From contig JBDRFE010000026.1 in assembly GCA_043819075.1 (NCBI GenBank), positions 1 through 43,946 on the forward strand: DNA of 43,946 nucleotides. Direction: 5' to 3'. The notes below the pieces were generated by a model, which searched no databases, was not told the DNA's origin, and worked only from the letters and a program-made list of their open reading frames with translations. This DNA is from an archaeon (GTDB lineage: Archaea > Iainarchaeota > Iainarchaeia > Iainarchaeales > 1-14-0-10-31-34). The translations under genes were made by a program, and so were the position numbers. Of this stretch, positions 1 through 9,640 are shown piece after piece. The first letter of the stretch is position 1. Every line of letters begins with the position of its first letter.

Positions 1-1
1 T

Positions 2-526
2 CAGTCTTTAATTGATGACGTCAAAAACCATGGCGGAATTCCTGTGTTGTCTCCTACAGGCCACAGCATTATTGAAGCAAAAATGCTTGAAGAACATGCT
101 TTAATCTCTGGGGAAATGTCCGGCCACATGTTTTTCAGGGATGAATACTTTGGGTTTGATGACGCAATTTATGCTGGTGCAAGGCTTTTGAGGATTCTGT
201 CAAACACTGATAAAAAGCTTTCAGAGCTTTTGGCTGATGCGCCAAAATATTTTTCTTCGCCTGAAATTCGTGTTGAATGCTCTGATGAAGAAAAATTTGA
301 GGTAGTGCAAAAAGTCGGGGATTTTTTCAGGAAAAGCCATGAAGTTATCTCGGTTGACGGTGCAAGAGTATTATTTGAGCATGGCTGGGGATTAATTCGT
401 GCATCAAACACCCAGCCTGTTTTAGTGTTAAGGTTTGAGGCAAAAACAAAAGACGAATTAAATGAAATAACTTCTAAATTCAGGCAGAAATTAAACGAGT
501 TTGACTGCGTTAAAATAGATTTTTGA
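2..526 (+). CDS. Phosphomannomutase/phosphoglucomutase, C-terminal part (5' end outside window)
   Basis: Frame open from base 2 (QSLIDDVKNHGG...). Alpha-D-phosphohexomutase motifs TGHS, GEMSGHMFF, DDAIYA, DGARV, RASNTQP. Confidence 0.93.
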   Translation, partial: QSLIDDVKNHGGIPVLSPTGHSIIEAKMLEEHALISGEMSGHMFFRDEYFGFDDAIYAGARLLRILSNTDKKLSELLADAPKYFSSPEIRVECSDEEKFEVVQKVGDFFRKSHEVISVDGARVLFEHGWGLIRASNTQPVLVLRFEAKTKDELNEITSKFRQKLNEFDCVKIDF

Positions 527-538
527 AAGGGAAACTAA

Positions 539-1486
539 ATGAAAGAAAAGCAGCAAAATAATTTTGCTTTTTTTAATGTCATTTATTTTGCTTTTTTTTC
601 TGTTTTTGCTTTATATGAATCATTATTTGGAGCTAAATTCCTTTCTGCTTTTATTATTTCCCCTTTGTTTTATTCTTTATTTGTTTTTTTAATTTTTCTG
701 GTTCCCTTTATTTTGCTTTCAATCCCTATCGTCTGTGTTCATTTCATTAAAAATTCAGTGTTCATTAAACAAAAAACAAAAGCCGCTGAGAACAGAAAAG
801 AAAAATTTGGGGTGAAAGATTTAATTAATTCCGTTGTTTTTCTCCTTTTAATCTTGCTTTTTGTATTTTTTGGGCTGTTGGAGCTGGTTAAAGTAGGTGA
901 AGATCTCAATCTTTTTGCAGGAGGTTTATTGATTTTTTTCTTGCTTTCTTTTGTTCAAATATTTGTTTTTGCATTTCCGTTCAATGAAATTAAAAAAGCC
1001 ATTGGCCAGAAAAAAATAGAGGTAAAAGAATTGAAAATTTTGTCAGAAAAATGGATAAAAAAAGTTCTTGATTTTGGGATTATTCCAGGATTCACTATTT
1101 TTGTTGCATTACTGTTCTCTTCATCTCTTTTCATTTTGTTTGTAGGGCCAAAAGACTTTTTTATTTTAGGCCCGGCCTTTAGCTTAGAAAACTGGGCTTA
1201 TGTTTCAATATCCCATCTTTTTACGTTTTGGATTTTGGCTGGTTTGTTTTACAAGAAATATACTGGAAATCAATTTATTATTAGCCGTGAAGTAGCTAAA
1301 ATATTTGTTGTGTTATTTTTTATTTCTCTGTTTTCTCCAATAGTCGTGAACAAACTTTTTTTTGTTCTAGTTCCGACAGAAGTTCAATTACAATTGCTGA
1401 TTTTTTCTCTTACATATTTTTTATTGGCAATGCTTGAATTTAGGAAAATGAAAAAACCTGTTTTGGCATCAAATTCTGTTCAGTAA
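539..1486 (+). CDS. Hypothetical polytopic membrane protein
   Basis: 315-aa ORF with about 8 long Phe/Leu/Ile-rich hydrophobic segments. No family motif recognised. Confidence 0.75.
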   Translation: MKEKQQNNFAFFNVIYFAFFSVFALYESLFGAKFLSAFIISPLFYSLFVFLIFLVPFILLSIPIVCVHFIKNSVFIKQKTKAAENRKEKFGVKDLINSVVFLLLILLFVFFGLLELVKVGEDLNLFAGGLLIFFLLSFVQIFVFAFPFNEIKKAIGQKKIEVKELKILSEKWIKKVLDFGIIPGFTIFVALLFSSSLFILFVGPKDFFILGPAFSLENWAYVSISHLFTFWILAGLFYKKYTGNQFIISREVAKIFVVLFFISLFSPIVVNKLFFVLVPTEVQLQLLIFSLTYFLLAMLEFRKMKKPVLASNSVQ

Positions 1487-3327
1487 AATTCTGTTGTAAT
1501 TTTGTTGTCTGTTGTTCTTGCAGTGATTTTTCCGTTTTTTCTGTCCACAATCAGCTCAAAAAAACTGTTTTCCATTCTCAGTTTTCTTTTAATAAAATTC
1601 ACTTTTTCGGATAGTTTTGGCTGCAAAAAAACTTTTTTTTCAAAGGCATTTAATTTAATGCCTAACATGAATTCATCAATTGCTTTAATCACAAAAGCAT
1701 GGCCCCATAACTGCATTCCACAGCCCTTTAATTTCCCAGAAGAATTCCAACATTCTCCGATGCCGCCAACACAGTCTTCATTCAAATCATCGATTAACAG
1801 CATTAAATAATGCATTGCTTTTTCAGTTCTTTCTGCCTTGAATTCACTGCACGCCATCCATCCGTTACATAAGCTCCAGCTTAATCCAGTGTGATAGCCG
1901 TTTTCTTCAAAACTCTGTTCTTTTCTGCTTCTGGTTAAAACCCCTTTTTTTCCGTTAAATTCATCTGATTCAAATAATTTAATTTCTTTTTCACTTGCTT
2001 TTTTCTGCATTAAATACGCTAAAGGATTACAGGTTTTAATGCATTCATTTTTTTCGTTTATTGAGTCAACAAAAAAACCGTTTTTCCAGTATTCTTCAAG
2101 GATTTTCCTGTTTAATTCAACTGCTTTTTTTTCAAGCTTATGCACTTCTATTTCTTTTCCCTCTAAAGCAGTTAAATTCCTTGCAGAATGCAGTGCTTTC
2201 AAATAAAGCGCCTGAACCTCTATTCCTGCACCTTGTCTGTTAATTGAATCCATCCAGGTTTCATCTGATTGATGGAAAATTAATCCGTTTTTTTCTTTTG
2301 ATTCAAGGAAACCCAGTGTTTTCCTGAAATTAATTGTTTCAAGTATTTTTTTGTTTCCTGACGCAAAAACATAATTGTTTAATGCAATCAAAAACAACAG
2401 CGAGGCATCAACTGAATTGAATAAAACTTTTTTTCCTTCAATAAAATTAGGTATTTTTCCATCCAGATTTTTTTCCCAGAAAAACAACAAAATTTTTTCT
2501 GCTTCCTCAAATTTTCCAAGAGAAATTAATGCAGGCAGGCTCCAGAAAACATCCCTTCCCCAGTACTGCAGAAACCACGGATAGCCGGCAAAAAAATTTG
2601 AATTGTTTTCAAGCAACCCAATTCCTTTAGCGCTTTCAGCAAAACCTTTTTCCAGTTCTTTTGAACTGCATTCAATCAGTTCATCAAATTTTTCAAGTTC
2701 TTTTTCTTTTCTTTCAAGCTCTTTTTTTAATTCAGCTTCAGTTAATTTTTTTTCTTTTTGCGGTTCTGGCACAAAACAAAAAATTATTTCTTTTCCTGAA
2801 ACAAGGATTTTTCCCGGAATAAAACAGTTTTGTTTTTCCCCTGAAGGAAAATGAATTTTATTCAACGGGTTTTCTTTGAACTCCATTTTTCCTTTAATCA
2901 AAGAAAACCCGAGTTTTCCAAGTGAATTAGATACTTCCACTGAATTGTTTTTTCCTGTTTTTATCCTGTATTCCCTTGCTGTCTCGTTTTCCTCTCTTTT
3001 CCTTATATTAACTGCAAATTCTAGCTCTGTTTGTGTTTCGCCAAAAAACTCAATTATTATGTATAAGCTGCTTTTGTTTTTTGGGGCAAAAACCGTTTCC
3101 ACTGCATTCTTGTAGTAATGTTTTGCTTTGGCGTAATCGTATGTTGTTTTAATGCAGTTTTTTTCTTCTAATCCTTTAACCGAATAATACTCTAAGTATT
3201 TTTGTGTGTCTTTCCATAATCCTGTCCATTTGGTTTTGAAGCCGTTATCACAGTACCTTGAAAAAAAGCCTTTGTTTCCTGAAAGAATATAATATTTTTT
3301 TTCTTTGTTTTCTTCAACTAAGTGCAT
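1480..3327 (-). CDS. Glycogen debranching enzyme / amylo-alpha-1,6-glucosidase-like glycoside hydrolase
   Basis: Motifs AGYPWFLQYWGRD, NSVDASLLF, TWMDS, IEVQAL, YHTGLSW, GGIGE, QLW of the GDE_C (alpha/alpha)6 domain. ATG at 3327 preferred; ORF track starts at 3366. Confidence 0.88.
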   Translation of the reverse strand: MHLVEENKEKKYYILSGNKGFFSRYCDNGFKTKWTGLWKDTQKYLEYYSVKGLEEKNCIKTTYDYAKAKHYYKNAVETVFAPKNKSSLYIIIEFFGETQTELEFAVNIRKREENETAREYRIKTGKNNSVEVSNSLGKLGFSLIKGKMEFKENPLNKIHFPSGEKQNCFIPGKILVSGKEIIFCFVPEPQKEKKLTEAELKKELERKEKELEKFDELIECSSKELEKGFAESAKGIGLLENNSNFFAGYPWFLQYWGRDVFWSLPALISLGKFEEAEKILLFFWEKNLDGKIPNFIEGKKVLFNSVDASLLFLIALNNYVFASGNKKILETINFRKTLGFLESKEKNGLIFHQSDETWMDSINRQGAGIEVQALYLKALHSARNLTALEGKEIEVHKLEKKAVELNRKILEEYWKNGFFVDSINEKNECIKTCNPLAYLMQKKASEKEIKLFESDEFNGKKGVLTRSRKEQSFEENGYHTGLSWSLCNGWMACSEFKAERTEKAMHYLMLLIDDLNEDCVGGIGECWNSSGKLKGCGMQLWGHAFVIKAIDEFMLGIKLNAFEKKVFLQPKLSEKVNFIKRKLRMENSFFELIVDRKNGKITARTTDNKITTEFY

Positions 3328-3389
3328 CCTTTTAAAATGGAAATAAACTTGATTTAAAAGTATCATGTTTGAAGCTTTTTTGCTTAATT

Positions 3390-3629
3390 TTAAAGCAGTT
3401 TTTCCGCCAGTGCTGGGTCAAGCTTTAATGTTGTTGCAAGAAAGAATTCACGGAATTTTTCAAGGTTGTTTTGTGTTAATGAATTTAATGCTTTTGAAAT
3501 CATTCCTGCTTCCCTTTTTCTTCCAAGGCTTTCTGCAATCAATGACAGTTCTTTAACTGAACCTAAAATAAGCCTTTTTTTCTGTTCTGCTGCAATTGTT
3601 TTTCCTTTCGGCCACCACAATTGAATCAT
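3390..3629 (-). CDS. C-terminal fragment of a frameshifted basic helical-repeat protein (frame open up to the A7 run at 3878-3884)
   Basis: This frame has no stop from about 3880 (SLYYTGLKAFKPSAIILERAAELVNKGEL...) down to 3390. It continues ORF 3857-4660 after a -1 shift. Confidence 0.6.
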   Translation of the reverse strand: MIQLWWPKGKTIAAEQKKRLILGSVKELSLIAESLGRKREAGMISKALNSLTQNNLEKFREFFLATTLKLDPALAEKLL

Positions 3630-3856
3630 GTCATAAAATAATGCCGCTTGGTTTGTCAGGACTGTTTTTTTGAAAACTGAATCATGGCTTTCCCTTATTT
3701 CGCTTAATTTATCCGGATAAATTGATGAAATCTCTGCTGCCTTTGCAACTGCTTTCTTGTTTGCATCCCTAATGTATTTTCTTGCTTTAGCTAATTCTCC
3801 TTTGTTGACTAATTCAGCTGCTCTTTCAAGTATTATTGCAGATGGTTTAAAGGCTT

Positions 3857-4660
3857 TTAATCCAGTGTAATAAAGGCTTTTTTTGCCTTTAAAATCTTGT
3901 CTGCAATAGTGTTCCTTTTGTTTGCTGCATCCGACCTTCCTAATTCAATGTAAATGCTTCTTATTGAATCAATTGCAGAAAATAATCTTGTGTCTGTCTC
4001 AAATTTTTTGTCTATTACTGCCTTCCTTCTTCTTTCAAGGTATTTTTCCTGAAACCTTAATTTTCTTGTCCAGTCAAGCATGTCGTTTTTTATGCCTCTC
4101 ATTGAAGCTGATGCCGAAGTGTATTTTCCTTCCCTAAGCAATTGCCCTGCTGTTTCAAACCTTTTTATTGAATTAAGCTTTTGTTCTTCTGACACAAGCA
4201 ATGGGTTTTTTGCAAGCCTGGCTAAAATTCCTGTAAAATATTCGGTGAAAGCTTTTTTTTGCATTGCATTAAATTTTTTCCATTTAAACTGCAAATCCCA
4301 TTGCAGCCTTGAAATCTCATCAAAAATCTTTTGCGCCTTGCCTGCCCTCGTTTTGACTGATTCAATCTGGTGGTAAACAAGCCTTACCCCTTCTGGAATT
4401 GTTTTCGGGCGAAGCATTCTGGTTATTTCCAAGCTTGCTTCGTTTCCCTTATAAAAAGGGATTTCTATGTTTCCGTCTGAATGAAATTTTATTTTAAGTT
4501 CTTCTGTTGTTTTTGGCTTGGCTGGCTTTAACTTTACGTTTGTTCCCCTTGGAATAATTTTTCCTTTTTCCAGCAATTCCCTGTACTGCTGTTCTGTCAT
4601 TACAGGCTGTTTTTCCCTTAACATTCTTTTTTTTGGCGGAACATATTTTTTGCCTGGCAT
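3857..4660 (-). CDS. Lys/Arg-rich hypothetical helical protein, N-terminal part of a frameshifted gene (about 423 aa if joined)
   Basis: 267-aa ORF that ends 7 codons after the GCA AAA AAA run. A helical repeat occurs on both sides of the shift. Confidence 0.7.
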   Translation of the reverse strand: MPGKKYVPPKKRMLREKQPVMTEQQYRELLEKGKIIPRGTNVKLKPAKPKTTEELKIKFHSDGNIEIPFYKGNEASLEITRMLRPKTIPEGVRLVYHQIESVKTRAGKAQKIFDEISRLQWDLQFKWKKFNAMQKKAFTEYFTGILARLAKNPLLVSEEQKLNSIKRFETAGQLLREGKYTSASASMRGIKNDMLDWTRKLRFQEKYLERRRKAVIDKKFETDTRLFSAIDSIRSIYIELGRSDAANKRNTIADKILKAKKAFITLD

Positions 4661-4699
4661 AAAAAAAATTATGCTTTGGAAGTAGTTAAATCTTTTGAA

Positions 4700-7633
4700 T
4701 CAGAGTTTAATGCTTTCAGAGATTTTTTTGTTTAATTTTTCCTTGAATTCGTTTTGCTGCCATGAATTGATTCTGCATCCTGCGGCTATTTTGTGGCCTC
4801 CGCCTTCTGCGTCAGAGCCTAATTCAATGCAGGTTTCTTTGAGTATTTTCCCTAAATTAAGCCCTTTTCTCACTAAATCATCTGTTGCCCTTGCGCTTAC
4901 CTTGATTAATTCATCTGACTGTTTTGCAAAAGCAATTACCGGCTTGTTTTGTTCAATTAATCTTGAACCATAAAGCATTCCTGCAATTATGCCTACAATT
5001 TCTTCTTTAATGTTTTTTCCTGCGTCAAAAAAATAAAATGCTTTTTCTTCTTGCACTCCGTTTGAGTGAACCCATGTAATTCCTTCCCTTAACTGTTTTC
5101 TGTGCTCTAAAAGCAGTTCCATTGCATTCTGGTAGGCGTGAGTTCTGTCTCCCATGCAGACTTTTAATCCAACTTCTGCCTGCCCGTGCCTTCCGCAATT
5201 ATGCACTACTATTCCATTAGCAATATAATTGTGGTTTTTTTCTACACTGACATCATAAACAAATTCCGGAAGTTCTTTTGTTTTAATTTTTATGTTCTTT
5301 ATTTTATCCCAGTGTATATCAGACTCGACAAATAGATTTATCTCTTGAATAAGTTTTTCTGCTTCATTTATGATCGAAGAATAGTATTCAAATGCGTCTT
5401 CTATTTTTTTTTGGGCATTTTTTCCAGGAACTTTTCCTTTTAATATTCTTGAAACCCATTCTCTTGAAATTCCTCCTTTTGCCGAAAATTTTGTCACACT
5501 AATTCTAAATGCATTTAATAATAATTTAATGTCTCTTTTAGAGATGGCTTTTTTACATTTAAGAATTTGCTTTAAATAGTATTCCGCAAATTTTGTGGCA
5601 TTTTCTTCTAAAGGATTTTTTCCTTTTGAATAATATGTAAAATGAGATGACCACTTTACTGATATCCCGAGAAGTTTTCCTAAACCCAAAATCTTTTCTC
5701 TTATTGGAATGGTACTTCCGGAAGCACGGCCACTATTTCTTCTAATAATGGATTTTAAAAAATCATTTCGTTCTTTGTCTGGAAAACCTATTCCACTTAA
5801 GAATTTTTTGATATTTGGCTTCCCGCAAACGATTAATCTGTTTTTTTGCCCTTCACAATCAGCGCATTTTCTTGAAGTGTTATGCGCCACAATTCCAAAT
5901 CTCTGAAGCAAAAAAGTCATTTGCTTAATCAATGCAGAAGAATGACTGGAAAATTCTACTCCCCCGGAATAAACGTTTCCATCACTTGCAAACAATCCGC
6001 TTAACAAACCAGAAACAAACTCTTTGTTTCCATTAAGAAGTTTTTCATCAAAACAAACTGAATTCGTTTTTTTTCCTTTATTTATTCCTAATCTATTAAA
6101 AAAGTCTGACAAAGTCTTTGAACTCCATTCAGCATTAAAAAAATTTTTTTTGTTTGAAAGGGAAATTTTCTTCACACCAAACTGCTCTTTAAAAGTCTTT
6201 TTTATAAGCTTAAAAGAAAACAAATCTTTTTTATTTCTTGAAAAAGCTATGTTTACAACAGATTTTTTTAAATGGCCGTCTCCAGCAATATAACCTGTAA
6301 GAAAGCCGAGATTTTTATTAAAAGCTGGTTTCTTGATGGTTTTAATTGTTGAACGCAATCTGACTCTGTTCCCAAAAACAACAAGTTCTTCATCCTTAAA
6401 AAAATCGTCAAATTTAAGCTTTACTGAAATATCTGGAATGTTTTTTGATATTGCTATATAGTCTCCTTCTTTGAGTTTTTCAGCAGTTACCCAACACCTG
6501 TTGCCTTCTTTAACTGACATCAGTTCATGATTTGGTGTTAAGCTTATTGACCGCCCTGCATTAGAAATCAGCTCAATTATTGGAACTCCTTTTGGCAAAG
6601 GAATTTTATGCTTTTTCAGGATTTTATCCCTGACTATTTTATTGTTTTCCACCGAAAACACATTTTTAGAAGAAATTTCTTCTATTTTTGTTGGTGTTCC
6701 ATTAAGGTAAACTTCGGTGCCCGGAACAAGGCAGGAATTCAAGAGTGTAGCATATTCTTTTGCATCCCTTAAAGGGCTTTTTGGATTTTCTTTCAGCAAA
6801 GTGTATGTTTCGCCAAAAATTTTTTTTGCCTTTTCCTCGCTGCAGCCGTTTTCAATCAAATGCATTACTAAAGCCGATGCAAAAACTTTTTTTTCTTCTT
6901 TGCTTAAATCAGAGTAAACCCTCCATTTTTCTTTTTCTTTTAACTGTATTCCGTTTTTTAAAATGAATTCAGCGCTTGCCTTGTCGTTTGCAGCCAGACC
7001 GGGAAAAACCGGGTTGGATGAAAATGAAAGAAACTGGGTTAAAGGCCTTGAAATTTTTCCATACAAAATTAAATCGTTTTCTTTTTTTATTAAGCCTGTT
7101 TCTTCTGCGTCTTCAAGTATTTTCCTGTTCAAGCCAGTTAATTTTCCTTCATAGTCCTGCATGTCTCCTACTGCCCCGACAATCGCTAATGCGCTTAAAT
7201 CCTTGTTTTTTTCGTCAATTTCTTTTGCCACCAAATACGTCATTCCTGCACCAGAAATTTCTGTTCCTCCGTCAAACCCGAACAAAAAAGGGTTTGAATG
7301 AAACAGGTAATCTGATTTAATTGGCTGATGGTGGTCTATTACAAAAAAGTTTTCTTTAATAAATTCTTCTAATAAATTAATCTGCCCTGAGCCAAAGTCA
7401 ACGAAAACAAAGTTTTTTCCCAAAGACTTTATTTCTCTTATTGTGTCAGAGTAAAGCTGTTTTGATGTTATTTGAGTGAATTTTTTTCCTTTTCTTTCAA
7501 GAGCTTTTGCCATTATGCTTCCAGCGCATAACCCGTCTGCGTCATGATGGCTTACAACAACAAAATCGTTTCTTTCAAGGATTTCTTCTGCAATCAGCTT
7601 ATTTCTTTCCTTTAATGCATTCCATTCTTCCAT
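4700..7633 (-). CDS. recJ: Archaeal RecJ-like DHH/DHHA1 phosphoesterase (ssDNA exonuclease, GAN/Cdc45-related), intein-containing
   Basis: HHDADG, VDFG, IDHH, GAVGD, LLNS|CGR and GGGHKIAAG motifs. Spliced product would be 465 aa. Confidence 0.9.
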   Translation of the reverse strand: MEEWNALKERNKLIAEEILERNDFVVVSHHDADGLCAGSIMAKALERKGKKFTQITSKQLYSDTIREIKSLGKNFVFVDFGSGQINLLEEFIKENFFVIDHHQPIKSDYLFHSNPFLFGFDGGTEISGAGMTYLVAKEIDEKNKDLSALAIVGAVGDMQDYEGKLTGLNRKILEDAEETGLIKKENDLILYGKISRPLTQFLSFSSNPVFPGLAANDKASAEFILKNGIQLKEKEKWRVYSDLSKEEKKVFASALVMHLIENGCSEEKAKKIFGETYTLLKENPKSPLRDAKEYATLLNSCLVPGTEVYLNGTPTKIEEISSKNVFSVENNKIVRDKILKKHKIPLPKGVPIIELISNAGRSISLTPNHELMSVKEGNRCWVTAEKLKEGDYIAISKNIPDISVKLKFDDFFKDEELVVFGNRVRLRSTIKTIKKPAFNKNLGFLTGYIAGDGHLKKSVVNIAFSRNKKDLFSFKLIKKTFKEQFGVKKISLSNKKNFFNAEWSSKTLSDFFNRLGINKGKKTNSVCFDEKLLNGNKEFVSGLLSGLFASDGNVYSGGVEFSSHSSALIKQMTFLLQRFGIVAHNTSRKCADCEGQKNRLIVCGKPNIKKFLSGIGFPDKERNDFLKSIIRRNSGRASGSTIPIREKILGLGKLLGISVKWSSHFTYYSKGKNPLEENATKFAEYYLKQILKCKKAISKRDIKLLLNAFRISVTKFSAKGGISREWVSRILKGKVPGKNAQKKIEDAFEYYSSIINEAEKLIQEINLFVESDIHWDKIKNIKIKTKELPEFVYDVSVEKNHNYIANGIVVHNCGRHGQAEVGLKVCMGDRTHAYQNAMELLLEHRKQLREGITWVHSNGVQEEKAFYFFDAGKNIKEEIVGIIAGMLYGSRLIEQNKPVIAFAKQSDELIKVSARATDDLVRKGLNLGKILKETCIELGSDAEGGGHKIAAGCRINSWQQNEFKEKLNKKISESIKL
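5198..6733 (-). mobile_element. Intein (512 aa) with LAGLIDADG homing endonuclease in the RecJ-like gene
   Basis: Starts CLVPGTEV. Block B LTPNHEL, LAGLIDADG motifs LTGYIAGDG and LSGLFASDG, block F VYDVSV, ends VVHN followed by +1 Cys. Removal restores EYATLLNS-CGRHG. Confidence 0.95.
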
Positions 7634-7720
7634 ATAAACCTTTTTTTTCGTTGTCTCTAAAAGTTTATTGGTTTTCCAATTATTGTTTAATTCTTTCTTT
7701 TCCTTTTATTTACTGGTTTC

Positions 7721-9043
7721 ATGGGGTTTTTTGACAGGATTTTCGGGAAAAAGCAGGTGAAAGAGGAAGTTCAGCCAAAAGATAAAATTTTTCTTGGCTT
7801 GAGTGAAGCCAAAGATTTTGCTGAAAAAACTTATTCTGATTCATTTTTTTTAATCCAAAAAGAAGTTTTTTCCAGGTTCTCTGAAATAAAGCATCTGGTA
7901 AAAGAACTTGAACTGGTATTAAAAGAATTAGAGGAAACAAAAGTAGAGGAAAACCAGGGCAATCCAAGGCTGAGAAAAATTGTTTTCACAAGCAAGAAAA
8001 CTCTGACAGACAAAATGAGTTCTCTTGCCTCAAAATTATCGCCGCCTTCTTCTAACGATTTCATTGAACTGAATTCTTTTACTGCTAATTCTATTGCAGT
8101 TCTTGAATCTGAAATAAATTCTTTCGGCAAAAACATTGCTTACACTGGCATTGTCTTGAAAGAGCCTGTGAAAAAGCTTGGGGAAAGAATTAAAGAGCTT
8201 AATTTTGTTTTTCTTGAAACAAAAAATCTTTTTGACTCAAAAAAAATGCTTTTATTGCTTCCAGAAATCAAAGGGCTTTTATCTGAGCTGAAGGAAAAGA
8301 TTGAACTTCATTCTGATTCAGTTTCAGCTGAAGAACAGGTTTCAGAAAAAATTTCTTTGGCTGAAAAAGAACTTGTTTTAGTGAAAGAAAAACTGGTTTC
8401 ATTAGAGAATTCAGCTGAAGCGCTTCAGTTCAGGAAGCTGCTGGAAGAAAAAAGCATTTTGGCTGAAAGAAAGCAGGAAATGAAGTCAAAACTAATCCAG
8501 TTGTTTTACCCTGTTGACAAGCAGTTAATCCAGTTCAATAAGCTGGCTGAATCAAAGCGTTTTATTTTGAGTGAAGAAGAAAAAAGCATTCTTGGCTCTT
8601 ATTTATCCAATCCTTTTTTTGCATTAAAGAAAGACAACAAAGCTGTTGTGCTGAAAAAGATTTTTGTTTATGTAAAGGATTTAGTTGAAAAAGGAAAAAT
8701 TTCCCTTAAAGAAAAAGAGAAGGCAAAAAAGCTGTCTGCACTGGATGAACTCATTGAATTCGATTTTTTCAGCGAGGTTTTCTGGAAATTCAACGAGCTT
8801 GAGAAAAAAATAATTGAAGCCGATTACTCCATAAGCCATCTGGATGTTTCAGGCAGGATTTCAGGCTTAAAGGAATCAATTGCTTCTCTTGAAAATTCCT
8901 GCAGGAATTTTTCAGCTGAACTGGAAAAGCAGAGGAAAAATTCTCTGAGAATTTATTCTGATGTATTGCAGTTAAAGTCAGTTTTAGAAGAAAAGCTGGG
9001 TGTTTTTTCAGGAAAGCAGGCTGAATTAAAGCTCAAACAATAA
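7721..9043 (+). CDS. Hypothetical coiled-coil protein with an N-terminal amphipathic helix
   Basis: 440 aa, heptad-rich E/K/L composition, begins MGFFDRIFGKK. Confidence 0.8.
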   Translation: MGFFDRIFGKKQVKEEVQPKDKIFLGLSEAKDFAEKTYSDSFFLIQKEVFSRFSEIKHLVKELELVLKELEETKVEENQGNPRLRKIVFTSKKTLTDKMSSLASKLSPPSSNDFIELNSFTANSIAVLESEINSFGKNIAYTGIVLKEPVKKLGERIKELNFVFLETKNLFDSKKMLLLLPEIKGLLSELKEKIELHSDSVSAEEQVSEKISLAEKELVLVKEKLVSLENSAEALQFRKLLEEKSILAERKQEMKSKLIQLFYPVDKQLIQFNKLAESKRFILSEEEKSILGSYLSNPFFALKKDNKAVVLKKIFVYVKDLVEKGKISLKEKEKAKKLSALDELIEFDFFSEVFWKFNELEKKIIEADYSISHLDVSGRISGLKESIASLENSCRNFSAELEKQRKNSLRIYSDVLQLKSVLEEKLGVFSGKQAELKLKQ

Positions 9044-9074
9044 GCCTTTTATTTTATGGCTGCTTAATTTATTC

Positions 9075-9638
9075 ATGGATTTTTCTCTTGAAGCTTTAGG
9101 CGTTAAAGGCAGGAAAACAATATTGTTTTCCGGGAAAGCAGGCCAGTCAAAAAAATTAATTGAATCAATTTTAATTCATTACAGGGGCAAAAAAAATGTT
9201 TTGGTTGTTTTTGACCCGTTAAATTATTCGAGTTTGATGGCTGATTCTTTTGTTATTTCAAAAAAGACTTTTGGAAAAAACTCTTTGAATCTTGAATCTT
9301 TTTCCCTTCCTGAGATTTCTTCAGCCATTCATTCTGTTGAAGGAAACAAAAAATCAGAAGGCATTTTATTGTTTGATTCGCTTTCTTCAATGCTTTCATT
9401 TAATCCGTCTAACGCAGTGTATTCTTTCATGTTTTTTGAGTCAAGAAAGGCAAAAGAACTGAATTATTCTGTTGTATGCTTTATTGATGAAAGGCTGCAT
9501 GACAATGCTGTTTTAAATAACATCAAAAAGATAATGGATTTTAATTTCTTTTTTGAGGTAAAAGACAACAGGCTGTTTGTCGAGTTAACTGCTTTTCCTT
9601 TTAATTCAATTTCAAAGAATTTTGTTTTTGACCTTTAA
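9075..9638 (+). CDS. Degenerate KaiC/RecA-fold protein (probably inactive ATPase)
   Basis: Eroded Walker A (SGKAGQSKK), Walker B region LLFDSLSSML, and DERLHD...IMD segment typical of archaeal KaiC-like proteins. Confidence 0.65.
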   Translation: MDFSLEALGVKGRKTILFSGKAGQSKKLIESILIHYRGKKNVLVVFDPLNYSSLMADSFVISKKTFGKNSLNLESFSLPEISSAIHSVEGNKKSEGILLFDSLSSMLSFNPSNAVYSFMFFESRKAKELNYSVVCFIDERLHDNAVLNNIKKIMDFNFFFEVKDNRLFVELTAFPFNSISKNFVFDL

Positions 9639-9640
9639 TG

